Source of the DNA: Malacoraja senta
Taxonomy: Eukaryota
Assembly (NCBI GenBank): GCA_038087875.1
Contig: CM076001.1
Location: 250,001-314,000, forward strand
Reading direction: 5' to 3'
DNA length: 64,000 nt
This document shows positions 38,290-48,833 of this stretch, in pieces. Each line of letters opens with the position of its first letter. Within the stretch, counting starts at the first letter, position 1. The notes under the pieces are model-generated. The model did not search any database and was not told the origin of the DNA. It saw only the letters and a list, made by a program, of their open reading frames with translations. A program made the position numbers and the translations under genes.

Positions 38290-41200
38290 CTATGTTTGTA
38301 ATAATTCTATAAATGCAGACCACGTCAGGTGGAAGTGATCTGGTTTACCTGCTAGGAGGAGTCTTATCTCTTCAAGGTGTAGTGTTTCAAACATATTTGA
38401 AATCCACATATTTATAGTTGGTATTGGAGCCTTCTTCCAAAATTTTAGAATTAGCTTTTTTCCAGTTATTAACCCATAATCCATTAATTTCTTTTGAAAC
38501 ACATTTAGTTCTGGATCATCTTCCGTTATTCCGAAGATAATCCATTCTGCTTTGGGTATCAGTCTTGTTTTAAATAACTTTGTAAAAATTTCAAAAATTT
38601 CATTCCAAAATTTTTGAATTTTTGTACAGAAGACAAATGAGTGCGCTATAGTTGCTTCTTGGGATTGACATTTATCACAAATAGATGATACGTTTGGGAA
38701 AATTTTATGAATTTTAGTTTTCGAATAATATAATCTATGTAAAATTTTAAATTGTATTAAAGTGTGTCTTACATTAATCGAGCATTTATGTACTTTTAAT
38801 AAGTATTCATTCCAACTTTCCTTTGAAATTTTAATAGCTAACTCTTGTTCCCAGTCTCTTCTGATACCCTCCGTAGATGGTATTTGTACATTTAAGATAA
38901 TATTGTACAAATATGATATTAAGTTTGCTGATTCCGCTTTTGTCTGCATTGCCTCGTCCAGTACATCTGCTGGGTTATTATGATGATCTTTTATATATTT
39001 TTTCAAATAGTCGCATATTTGAAAGTATTTAAAATATTGATTATTTCCGAGTTTATATTTTATTTGTAATTGTTGAAATGAAAGTAATTTTCCAGTTTCA
39101 TACAAGTCACCAAGCGTTTTAATTCCTAGTCTATCCCATTGTGTATAAGCTTTATCTATAATAGAAGGACTAAACGAAGGGTTATTGACTATAGGTAATA
39201 AAAGTGATAAGTTTCTTAATTTTAAATTTTGTTTTATTTGTTTCCAAATACGGATTGTACTATGAATAATTGGGTTCTTATTATAGTTTATGTTATTCAA
39301 TTTCATTGGAGAGAGGAGGATCGCTCCAATGTTTCTAGAGGAGCAATCCTCTTTCTCCATTACAATCCAGTCTACTTGCTGGGCGGAGTTATCCATCAGT
39401 TGAATCATGTTTTTAATATTTACTGACCAATAATAATACATAAAATTGGGTAGTGCTAGACCTCCCAATACTTTAGATTTATTCAGATGGGTTTTTTGTA
39501 TTCTATGTGATTTATAGTCCCATATAAAATTAGTGATATCTGAGTCGAGTTTTTTAAAAAACTTCTTAGGTAAGTATATAGGAATTGATTGAAATAGGTA
39601 TAAAATTTGTGGTAAAAAGATCATTTTTATTGCGTTTATTCGGCCTATTAAAGACATCGGAAGCGTTTTCCAGAATTTAATTAATGTATTCAGTTTATTA
39701 AGTAGGGGGTCAAAATTTGCCCTGAGCATACCTTGATATGCTCTGGTAATTTCGATTCCCAAATATTTAAATTTTTCTGTAGCTATTTTAAAAGGGAATT
39801 TTAAAAGATGTGTTGAATCTTTCGGTTTTATTGACATAATTTCACTTTTATTCCAATTTATTCTATATCCAGAAAAAGATCCGAAGTCTTCAATTAAATT
39901 TAATATATTTGGTATAGTGATTTGAGGTTTTGTAATATACAATAATATATCATCCGCGTATAAAGATATTTTATTATATGAGTCTTTAGTATTATATCCA
40001 TGAATATCAGGGTGTATTCTAATTTTTTCTGCTAGCGGTTCAATAATGAGAGCAAACAGCTGTGGTGATAATGAGCATCCTTGTCTATTTCCCCTTGATA
40101 GTTGAAATTTCGAGGATAATATGTTATTAGTAAGTATTCTAGCTGTAGGTTTGTTATATAGTAACTTAATCCATAAAATAAAATTCTCTCCCAGTTGAAA
40201 TTTTTGTAATACTTTATCCATATAATTCCATTCTACTTGATCAAATGCTTTTTCAGCATCCAGCGAAATAATTGATAATTCTTGATCTTCAGATTTGTGT
40301 GAGTGCATTATGTTGAGTAGACGTCTCATATTATTAGAAGAGTATCTCTTAGGGATAAACCCTGTCTGATCTGGGTTTATTAATTTACTAATGTATTTAC
40401 TTAATCTTCTGGCTAATGTTTTCGCTAATATTTTTTGATCTGTGTTTAACAATGCTATAGCTCTATATGAGCCAGGATCTTCTAAATCCTTATTTTTCTT
40501 AGGTATTAATGTAATCGTTGATTCCGCTAATGTATCAGGTAGTATTCGTTTTTTAAAAGCGTATTGGTACATTTTTTGTAATCTTGGTATTATTTTTTCA
40601 TAAAAGTTTTTATAAAATTCATTAGTAAATCCATCAGGGCCTGGTGTTTTTCCATTTTTTAGTGAGTTTATTGTATCTTCTAATTCCTTAATTGAGATTT
40701 GTGCACCCAGTTCCTCTTGTTCCTTCAGCTCTAACTTTGGAAGATTACAGGTATCCAAGAACTTTGTGATATTATTGGAATCAATTATCGTTTTAGATGT
40801 ATACAAATTCTCGTAAAATTGCGCAAATCTTTTATTAATATCCTTCGGTGTTGTTAATAATTCCCCTTTATCTGATTTGATCTTTGGTATAGTATGTTCC
40901 TTTTCTCGTTTTTTTAGCTGGCGAGCCAAAAGTTTATGCGGTTTATCCCCAAATTCAAAGTGCTCTTGTTTTGTAATTTGAAAAAGTCTTATAAGTTTGG
41001 CAGATAATAATTTATTTAATTTAAATTTTAAAATTATTATTTTATTATGTTTATCTATTGTTGGATCTTTAGCATTATCTATATCCATTTGTCTAATAAG
41101 TTCTTCTAACTGTCTTTGTTCATTCTTATTCTTTTTATTTTGAAAAGCTTGATATGAAATTATAATACCCCTAATGTATGCTTTAAAAGATTCCCAAAGT

Positions 41201-42081
41201 AAAGTAGGCGATATATCTGAAGTATCATTTGTTTGAAAAAAGACCTCCATTTGTTCTTTTAAATATATACTCGCTTGTGGATCTTTTAAAATTTGAGAGT
41301 TAAATCTCCAGAATGAATTATTCTTAGACAATCCTTCCAGTTTTAAAAAGAAAGTTAGTGGAGAATGGTCTGAAATTGAATTTGTATGATATATTGCATT
41401 AGATGTTTGGGGGATTAATTTTGTATCCAGCAGAAAGTAGTCTATACGTGAGTATGTCTTATGTACCATTGAGTAAAACGAATATTCCCTGCCAGTTGGG
41501 TTCACAATTCTCCAAACATCTGCTATATTAGTGTTGTTTATGTAGGTATTGAGGAGTTCCCCAGTTTTCGATTTCATATTCCCTCTCTGTTTTTGACTTG
41601 ATTTATCTAAGTACGGGTCTAAAACACAATTAAAGTCTCCGCCTATTATAACATTTTGATAGTTTGACTCTGCAATTATATTGAAGATTTTATTGAAAAA
41701 GTGGGGGTTATCAAAGTTAGGGGCATATATATTTACCAAAGTAAGTGGAGTGTCATGGATTTCTCCATTAACTATTAGGTATCTCCCTTCTATATCTGTT
41801 ATAATATTCTTTGCTTTAAATGGTATACCTTTTCTTATGATAATTGACGTGCCTCTAGATTTTGAAGTGAATGAAGAGTGGTATGTTTGACCTATCCATT
41901 TCGCCCTCAGCCTAACTTGGTCCTGAGGTTTTAGGTGTGTTTCTTGTAGGAAGGTAATGTCAGAATTATACATTTTTAGCTGAGCTAATATCTTACCCCT
42001 TTTGATAGGTTCATTAATGCCTCTTATATTCCAACTACAAAATGAGACTCCTCCTAGGTTCTTTTGTGTGGTGTCATGCAT
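38290..42081 (-). CDS. L1 ORF2p (APE endonuclease, RT, CCHC knuckle), 1263 aa, uninterrupted
   Basis: SWNIRG, LQETH, GGDFN, SRIDY, SDH, LDAEKAFD, RQGCSLSP, LYADD and CDKC..HSFVFC motifs. Confidence 0.96.
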   Translation of the reverse strand: MHDTTQKNLGGVSFCSWNIRGINEPIKRGKILAQLKMYNSDITFLQETHLKPQDQVRLRAKWIGQTYHSSFTSKSRGTSIIIRKGIPFKAKNIITDIEGRYLIVNGEIHDTPLTLVNIYAPNFDNPHFFNKIFNIIAESNYQNVIIGGDFNCVLDPYLDKSSQKQRGNMKSKTGELLNTYINNTNIADVWRIVNPTGREYSFYSMVHKTYSRIDYFLLDTKLIPQTSNAIYHTNSISDHSPLTFFLKLEGLSKNNSFWRFNSQILKDPQASIYLKEQMEVFFQTNDTSDISPTLLWESFKAYIRGIIISYQAFQNKKNKNEQRQLEELIRQMDIDNAKDPTIDKHNKIIILKFKLNKLLSAKLIRLFQITKQEHFEFGDKPHKLLARQLKKREKEHTIPKIKSDKGELLTTPKDINKRFAQFYENLYTSKTIIDSNNITKFLDTCNLPKLELKEQEELGAQISIKELEDTINSLKNGKTPGPDGFTNEFYKNFYEKIIPRLQKMYQYAFKKRILPDTLAESTITLIPKKNKDLEDPGSYRAIALLNTDQKILAKTLARRLSKYISKLINPDQTGFIPKRYSSNNMRRLLNIMHSHKSEDQELSIISLDAEKAFDQVEWNYMDKVLQKFQLGENFILWIKLLYNKPTARILTNNILSSKFQLSRGNRQGCSLSPQLFALIIEPLAEKIRIHPDIHGYNTKDSYNKISLYADDILLYITKPQITIPNILNLIEDFGSFSGYRINWNKSEIMSIKPKDSTHLLKFPFKIATEKFKYLGIEITRAYQGMLRANFDPLLNKLNTLIKFWKTLPMSLIGRINAIKMIFLPQILYLFQSIPIYLPKKFFKKLDSDITNFIWDYKSHRIQKTHLNKSKVLGGLALPNFMYYYWSVNIKNMIQLMDNSAQQVDWIVMEKEDCSSRNIGAILLSPMKLNNINYNKNPIIHSTIRIWKQIKQNLKLRNLSLLLPIVNNPSFSPSIIDKAYTQWDRLGIKTLGDLYETGKLLSFQQLQIKYKLGNNQYFKYFQICDYLKKYIKDHHNNPADVLDEAMQTKAESANLISYLYNIILNVQIPSTEGIRRDWEQELAIKISKESWNEYLLKVHKCSINVRHTLIQFKILHRLYYSKTKIHKIFPNVSSICDKCQSQEATIAHSFVFCTKIQKFWNEIFEIFTKLFKTRLIPKAEWIIFGITEDDPELNVFQKKLMDYGLITGKKLILKFWKKAPIPTINMWISNMFETLHLEEIRLLLAGKPDHFHLTWSAFIELLQT

Positions 42082-42887
42082 TTTGAATAATTATAGTACC
42101 TTTGAATCTTGTGGTGCGTCCATATCCCAGGTCTTTAGGTATTGGGGGAGTTTTTGAATTATTAACTTTTGTTGGTATGTCCATATTATTCTTATCACTA
42201 AACACAAAACACAAACAAGTGATTTTATGTAATAAAAAAAAAACTAAAAGAGTGAGGCTACAGTGTCTATAGTCGGCACTGTAGCAAGTGACCCACCTGT
42301 AGGTGGGGAAAAACCTTATTTTGACTTCCATTGCGTTGTTGCTCAACTCGCTCCGCTCTCTTAGTTAATCATAACATATTAAAATATTAAAACGAGGCCT
42401 CACATTCATATATATAATACAATTTTACCCTGATATTTCCTTATAACATATATATATATCAGAGTTTAATTATTAAACCAATATTTTTGATTTCAATAAG
42501 AATCAGCTGTTGGTTGAAGGGGTTAACGAGACGTGCTCCTGGACATAAGCCAGGAGCTCGTTTCTCATCCCCTCCTCCTGCTTATAGACAAGGTTACAAT
42601 TTATTAAAAATTCATATTAGTATGTTAGTTCATTATTTTTTTTGTTTTTTTTGTTAGTATTCTAATCTAACCTGCATAACTTTTAAAGTTGTTAATAGGA
42701 TAAGTTCTTACAATTGGTTATAACATTTTAATCAATAAGCAATTATTTTCTAATTCATATCCCGTTATAAAGTTGTTTACACGTTTTGAACAGAAAATGT
42801 CCTTGCTTCAACATTCCGGAGATAACAGTGTAACTATCCCCAGACAAAACATAGCTGAGAATTATTCGGATCTGCCAAAGCTCCCTT

Positions 42888-43958
42888 TTATTTCTGTCTT
42901 TCAACAATCGTTTGGGCATATTTGAAAGCGTCTTCAGGCTTAACAAATGACTTTTCAAGACCATTAAAAGAAATACGCATTTTAGCGGGATAAAAAACCC
43001 CGAATCTGACCCCTTCTCTCCCTCTTAAAAGATCTTTAACCTTATCAAATTTGTTTCTTTTTTGCACAATTTCATGTGGGTAGTCCCTGAATATCTTAAT
43101 AGTGTCTTTGTCCAGCCGTAATTGTACACCATTTTTGATATGGGTCATAACATATTCCAGTTCTGCAGTATCTCGAAATTTCACTATAATATGTCGTGGA
43201 TAAGCTTTTCCCGCATCAAATCTTTTTCCAAATCTTGGGACACGATGAGCCACTTCGATTTTCGGTTCCTTGGGAAGATTCAACAGTTGTTTCAACAAGC
43301 CCATGGCAAATTCACGTACCTGTTCCCCTTCTGCCCCCTCTGAAACACCAAGAATCCTCAGATTCTGGCGTCTAGAACGAGCTTCCAGGTCCAGGCATTT
43401 GAATGAGACTTTCTCTAATTGAGTCCCCATTTGTAGTGATGCTTGTTCGTTTTCTCGCCTCATTTGCTCATGTTCTTGCCTCAGTTTCGCCATGTCTTCA
43501 ACAAGTCGTGCCGTATTTTTCTCCAATTCCGTGATTGTCTGCATACTTGCAGCTACTGTTTCAAGTACAGCCGTGAACTTATCCGTAGTAATTACATCCA
43601 TCTTATCCATTTTCTCTGATAGTCCATCTTTCACCTCATCAATTCGTTTATTCATAGTGTCCAGTAAATCCGTCATATTCTTCTGGTTACCAGCATTTAA
43701 ATCCTTCATCATCTTCTGCATTCCTTCCATCATTTTTGCCGAATTTTCCTTCATTTCCTTCTTATCTTCCACCCTATTATCCGAGATCTCATCTTTCAAA
43801 TTTTTCATTGATTTTTTCAAGTCATCAAAGTCTTTCTTAGATCTTGTATCCATTTCTGCAGCCACTTCAGAGACTTCAGAGGTAACTTCAGTTTCGAACT
43901 GTTTCGACAGTTTATTCACAGCTCTCTGAGGGCTCACAGCTGGAGTCAATTTACTCAT
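42888..43958 (-). CDS. L1 ORF1p (coiled coil + RRM/CTD), 356 aa
   Basis: Heptad-rich region followed by LEARSRRQNLRILGVSE, IEVAHRV and PRHIIVKF. Confidence 0.92.
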   Translation of the reverse strand: MSKLTPAVSPQRAVNKLSKQFETEVTSEVSEVAAEMDTRSKKDFDDLKKSMKNLKDEISDNRVEDKKEMKENSAKMMEGMQKMMKDLNAGNQKNMTDLLDTMNKRIDEVKDGLSEKMDKMDVITTDKFTAVLETVAASMQTITELEKNTARLVEDMAKLRQEHEQMRRENEQASLQMGTQLEKVSFKCLDLEARSRRQNLRILGVSEGAEGEQVREFAMGLLKQLLNLPKEPKIEVAHRVPRFGKRFDAGKAYPRHIIVKFRDTAELEYVMTHIKNGVQLRLDKDTIKIFRDYPHEIVQKRNKFDKVKDLLRGREGVRFGVFYPAKMRISFNGLEKSFVKPEDAFKYAQTIVERQK

Positions 43959-44282
43959 TTAAAGGGCTTCAAACCACCGTTTAAAACATCGCGTTTAACG
44001 ATGACGTCATCAGCGCGGTAACCAGAAGCTCCGGTAAGGTTTTTAAAAACAATCCCGATTTTCGGACCCGTTTTACACGATAAATCGTGAAGTTTTTCGG
44101 GAGAGGAGCTGGGTGCACGTCTGTTAGTCTAACATGACGCCACCGGAAGTGAAACTTGTTTTTTTTAAAGAAGTAATCATGAAGATTGATGAGGGCAAAG
44201 CCAAAGCTGTTGTTTACATGGACTTTTGCCTCTGATAAGGTTCCACACAATAAGCTGCCCTGGAAGGTTTGATTGTGAAGAA

Positions 44283-44845
44283 CAGGGGTGGGGAACGTGC
44301 GCCCTTTTAGGCAATTATGTGCGGCCTTTTGAATGAATCCAAATTTTGTAGAACAATTCCTTTTATTTTTATTAATATGTTTTTGTTTGTCTTTTATTAT
44401 TTTTATTTTAATCTTAAAATGAAGGCATTTAAAATATCAAAGAGTAAAAGAAGATTCAACGAAATAATCCTCCCCGCACAAAAAATGCTTTCTTGCTTTT
44501 CAACCACTTATTGCTGCGAATCTACATTCTCCTACTTAACCCAAATCAAGACGCCCTTAAGGATACCCATCTAGAGGATCAGCTGAAACTGCGTACGTCC
44601 ATGTTGCAACCAAATATTCAAATGCTTTCCCACAAAAAGCAGTCACAACAAAGTCATTAAAAGGTTAGTTAACTTTAGAATGAACAATTATTTTTCATTT
44701 TCTTGAAGTTAGGACATAGTAGTTAGATTTTTACAAAATAATGTACATTTTGAAGTATATCGAATTGAAGTTTCTTGGATGCGGCCTTATTAGATTACAG
44801 TTAACTTAATGCGGCCTTCCAACATGAAAAGGTTCCCCATCCCTG
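44283..44845 (+). mobile_element. Charlie/Buster-type hAT deletion derivative
   Basis: TIRs caggggtggggaac / gttccccatccctg, TSD gtgaagaa / gtgtagaa, and a retained dimerisation-domain remnant FSTTYCCESTFSYLTQIKT. Confidence 0.88.
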
Positions 44846-45683
44846 GTGTAGAATATCATCAAGCTGGAAAGGGTGCACAGAAGAATTGAGGATTTTGGCA
44901 GGACTGAGCTAGAGGGAAAGGTTGGGCATACTAGGCGTTTATTCCTTTAAGCACAGGTGGTGATCTTATAGAGGTGTATAAAATCACATGGGAAGTAAAA
45001 AGGGCTAATCTTTTCCCAGTGCAGGGGAACCAAGAATCAGAAGAGGTGTAAGATTTAATAGAAACCCAAACTTTTTCCACTCAGGATGGTGGGTTTATGG
45101 AATGAACTGCCAGAGGAAATATTGAGGCCTGTACTATGACAAAATGTAAACGACTCAAACAGTATTAAAATTTAGAGGTATAGCGGCCAAACACAGGCAA
45201 ATGAGACTATCTTAGATGGGTATCTTGATTGGCATGGACGTGTTTGGCCAAAGGACCTGTTTCCATGCTGCCTGACTCCACAGAGGAACTTAAACTTCAT
45301 GAAACTGCAGATGCTTGAAGTTATATTCCACCTGGTTGACCTACAGCCCGATGGTATGAACATTGAACTCTCCACCATTGTAATAACCCCCTCCCCAACA
45401 CACATTACTCCCACCACCTCCCCAGTCATCCTGCACCTTTCTACTCCTGCATATACATATCCCATGTGTAGGAAGGAAATGCAGATGCTGGTTTAAACTG
45501 AAGATAGACACAAAAAGTTGGAATAATTCAGCGGGTCAGACAGCATCTCTGGTGAGAAGGAATAGATAACGTTTTGGGACTCTACCTACTGAGTTACTCC
45601 AGTTCTTTGTGTCTATACACATATCCCATCCCAAGTACCACATTTCCTTTTTATTCCCGCTCTTTCCCCTCCCGTCACCTTAC

Positions 45684-48165
45684 CTTTTTTTTAAATTTCA
45701 AAATATACTTTATTCGAGAAATAAATATAAACTAAAAATGATCCTCAGTAAACTCCATCCGACAGCCTCGAAGGCTATACATACATTCAATACTCTTTAT
45801 GCAAATTACACAAATTTATCCCCCACCCTTGCCACTCTTGTGGCCCACTGGCATGGAATCCCTTCCCTTATTTTGAGGGGCGTCTCCACCACACCCAGCC
45901 ACCCATGTCCAGCAGCGGAAGGACCCTTGACTGTGGCCATCCCCCACCGAGCCTTGGCGTTGGCTGCACCGAGCTTCAGTGCGTCCCTCAGCACGTACTC
46001 CTGCAGTCTGCAGCGGGCCAATCGACAACATTCCCTGACGGACATCTCGTTCTGCTGGGTGGTGAACAATGCTCGGGCAGACCAAAGAGCGTCTTTCACC
46101 GAGTTGGTGACCTTCCAGCAGCACCCGATGTCAGTCTCTGAATGCGTCCCTGGGAACAGTCCGTAAATCACAGAGTCCTCTGTGACAGAGCTGTTCGGAA
46201 TAAACCGCGACAGGGACCCTTGCAGACCTCTCCAGACTCTCTTTGCAAATCCACACTCTGCAAAGAGGTGGGCAACTGTCTCCTCTCCATAGCAGCTGTA
46301 CCGAGGGCAGCCTGCGCTGGTAGTGAGGTTCTGACGGTGCAGGAAGGATCTGACTGGGAGGGCTCCCCTCACCGTCAGCGAAGCCAGGTCTTGGTGCTTG
46401 TTGGTGAGTTTTGGAGATGAGGCATTTTGCCAGACAAGCTGTGCAGTCTGCTCTGGGAACCTCACCACAGGATCAATGGAGACATTTCCCTGTAGTGCCT
46501 GCAGGACATTCCGTGCTGACCACTGCCCGATGGACTTGTGGTCAAAGGTGTTGGTCCGGAAGAACCTTTCCATGAATGACAGATGGTGCTGCAATGTCCA
46601 GCTGACTAGCACATTGCATGGCATCTGTGCCAGGCCCATCCTTCGCAACACCGGGGACAGGTAGAACCTCAGCATGTAGTGACACTTGGTGCCTACGTGC
46701 CTTGGCTCTACACTCCGCCTGATGCAGCCACACACGAAGGTGGCCATCAGGGTGAGGGCGACGTTGGGCACGCTTTTACCCGCTTTGTCTGCCGACTTGT
46801 GCATTGTGGCCCGTCGCACCTGGTCCATCCTCGACCCCCAGATGAACTGGAAGACGGCCCGGGTGATCCCTGTGGCTTAGGAGGGAGGGACAGGCCACAC
46901 TTGCTCCAACTACAGCAGCCCCGAGAGCACCTCATCCCAGATGATCAAATTATTCCCCATTATAGAGAGCTTCCCCGTTGCTTCCACAGCTCCAGTTTCT
47001 TCCCTACCTTGGCTATCCGCTCCAGCCAATTCTTGACACACGCCTCTGCCCCCCGAACCAGATCCCCAGATCAAGAAGTCAGGCTTGATGGTGAAGGGGA
47101 CAGAAGATCGGTCGGGCCAGTTGCCAAAGAGCATGGCCTCGCTCTTCCTGCGGTTCACCCTGGCTCCCGTGGCCGACTCAAACTGGTCGCAGACACTAAT
47201 CAATCTGTGGACCGACCCTGGATCCGAGCAGAAGACGGCGACATCGTCCATGGACAGGGAGGTTTTGACCTGAGTGCCCCCACTGCCTGGCAATGTCACT
47301 CCCTTCATGCTCGCGTCCCTCCTGATGGACTCGGCAAAAGGTTCAATACAACAGACGAACAAGAGAGGGGAGAGAGGGCAACCCTGCCTGACTCCAGATC
47401 TGACGGGGAAGCTGTCTGATTCCCACCCATTGATTTGGACTGCATTACAGATATCGGTGTAGAGCAGTTGGATCCAATTTCTGATTCCCACCCCAAAGCC
47501 CATTTTAAAGACCACGTCCCTCATGTACGTGTGCGATATCCTGTCGAAGGCCTTCTCCTGTTCCAAGCTTACTAGGCAGGCATCCACCCGTCTGTCCTAC
47601 ACGTAGGCAATGGTATCTCTCAGCAGCACCAGGCCAGGTACAGCACAGGTTTGGATCACCCGTCCCAGAGCAGACTTGACCCGGATGGCGATGGCCTTAG
47701 GCAGGATCTTGTAATCAACATTCAACAATGTGATGGGTCTCCAATTCCTTATATCCTTCATCTCCCCCTTCTGCTTGTAGATTAGGGTGATGCTGCCCTT
47801 CCTCATAGAGTCTGACATGCTGCCAGCTAGAAACATGGAATTGTACACTTCCAGCTGGTCCGGGCCCACCCAGTCCCACAGAGCCAAATACAACTCGGCC
47901 AGTAAGCCATCGCTTCCAGGAGTTTTACCCGAGTCAAAGAAACGGATGGAGCCAGTCAGCTCCTCCAGGGTCAGTAGTTGGTCCAGACTCTCCCGCTTGC
48001 TGTCCCCCAAGACCTCCGTGATAGAGGACAGGAGGTTCTGGGAGGCGGTGCTGTCTGTGGCCTATCTGTCGTACAAACCCATGTAAAAGGATCTGCAGAT
48101 CCTCAGCATGTCCGTCTGCAAGGATGTTACCGAGCCGTTCTCCTCCCTAGGGCTGTTGATCAGAG
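45684..48165 (-). mobile_element. 5'-truncated GC-rich Tx1-type (L1 clade) LINE
   Basis: NWRPITLLNVDYKI, QEKAFDRI, VRQGCPLSP, MDDVAVF and EETVAHLFAEC motifs, with an A-rich tail at the left end. Confidence 0.88.
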
Positions 48166-48833
48166 CTCCCCCTGTGACCCATACTCCACTCTCCATCCTT
48201 ACAGGGTGCCAGGGTTCAAGACGTCTTGGACCGACTTCAGAACATCCTTGAGAGGGAGGGCGAGCAGCCGGAAATAGTTGCGCATGTGGGTACCAAAGAC
48301 GTCGGGAAAAAGAGGAAGGAGGTTCTGCTACGTGAGTTTAGAGAGTTAGGAAGAAGATTGAAAAGCAGGACTTCTAGGGTGGTTATCTCCAGATTGCTTC
48401 CTGTACCTCGTACTGGTAAGGGCAGGAGCAGGTAGATAGGGTATCTGAATGTGTGGCTGGGGGGCTGGTGCAGGGAGCAGGGATTTACCTTTATAGACCA
48501 CTGGGATCTCTTCTGGGGAGGGGTGATCTGTACAAAGGGGACGGGTTACACCTTAACTGGAGGGGGATTAACATTCTGGCATGCAGGTTTGCTAGTGCTA
48601 CACGGGTGGGTTTAAACTAAATAGCGGGGGGGTTGACAAATTGGGAGAATAAGGATGGAGTCCTGGGAAGAGAGTACAGGAAAAGTTACAAAAGACTCCA
48701 GAATTAATGGGACGGAAAGTTTCAGACGGGATAAGAGAGTAAGGTCAGGTGAAATAGGAACCGGTGTGAGAGGGGAGGTGAATATCGAATTAAAAGTGTA
48801 TGAGCTTGAGGCTCAGTTAGAAATTGGTAAGTA

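Larger units (their letters stand above)
37851..44151 (-). mobile_element. Full-length L1-clade LINE (about 6.3 kb) with two open ORFs
   Basis: 5' end cacttccggtggcgtcatg, poly(A) tail (T-run 37852-37886), TSD-like aaacttg(g)tttttttt on both sides. Confidence 0.95.
35050..45280 (+). mobile_element. Old CR1 LINE broken up by younger insertions
   Basis: Colinear degraded CR1 ORF2 pieces at about 35050-36080, 37612-37850, 44160-44280 and 44850-45280. Confidence 0.7.

Noticed and set aside
43492..43929. 145-aa plus-strand ORF, and similar antisense ORFs over the LINEs and Penelope
   Set aside because: They are antisense shadows of TE coding sequence.
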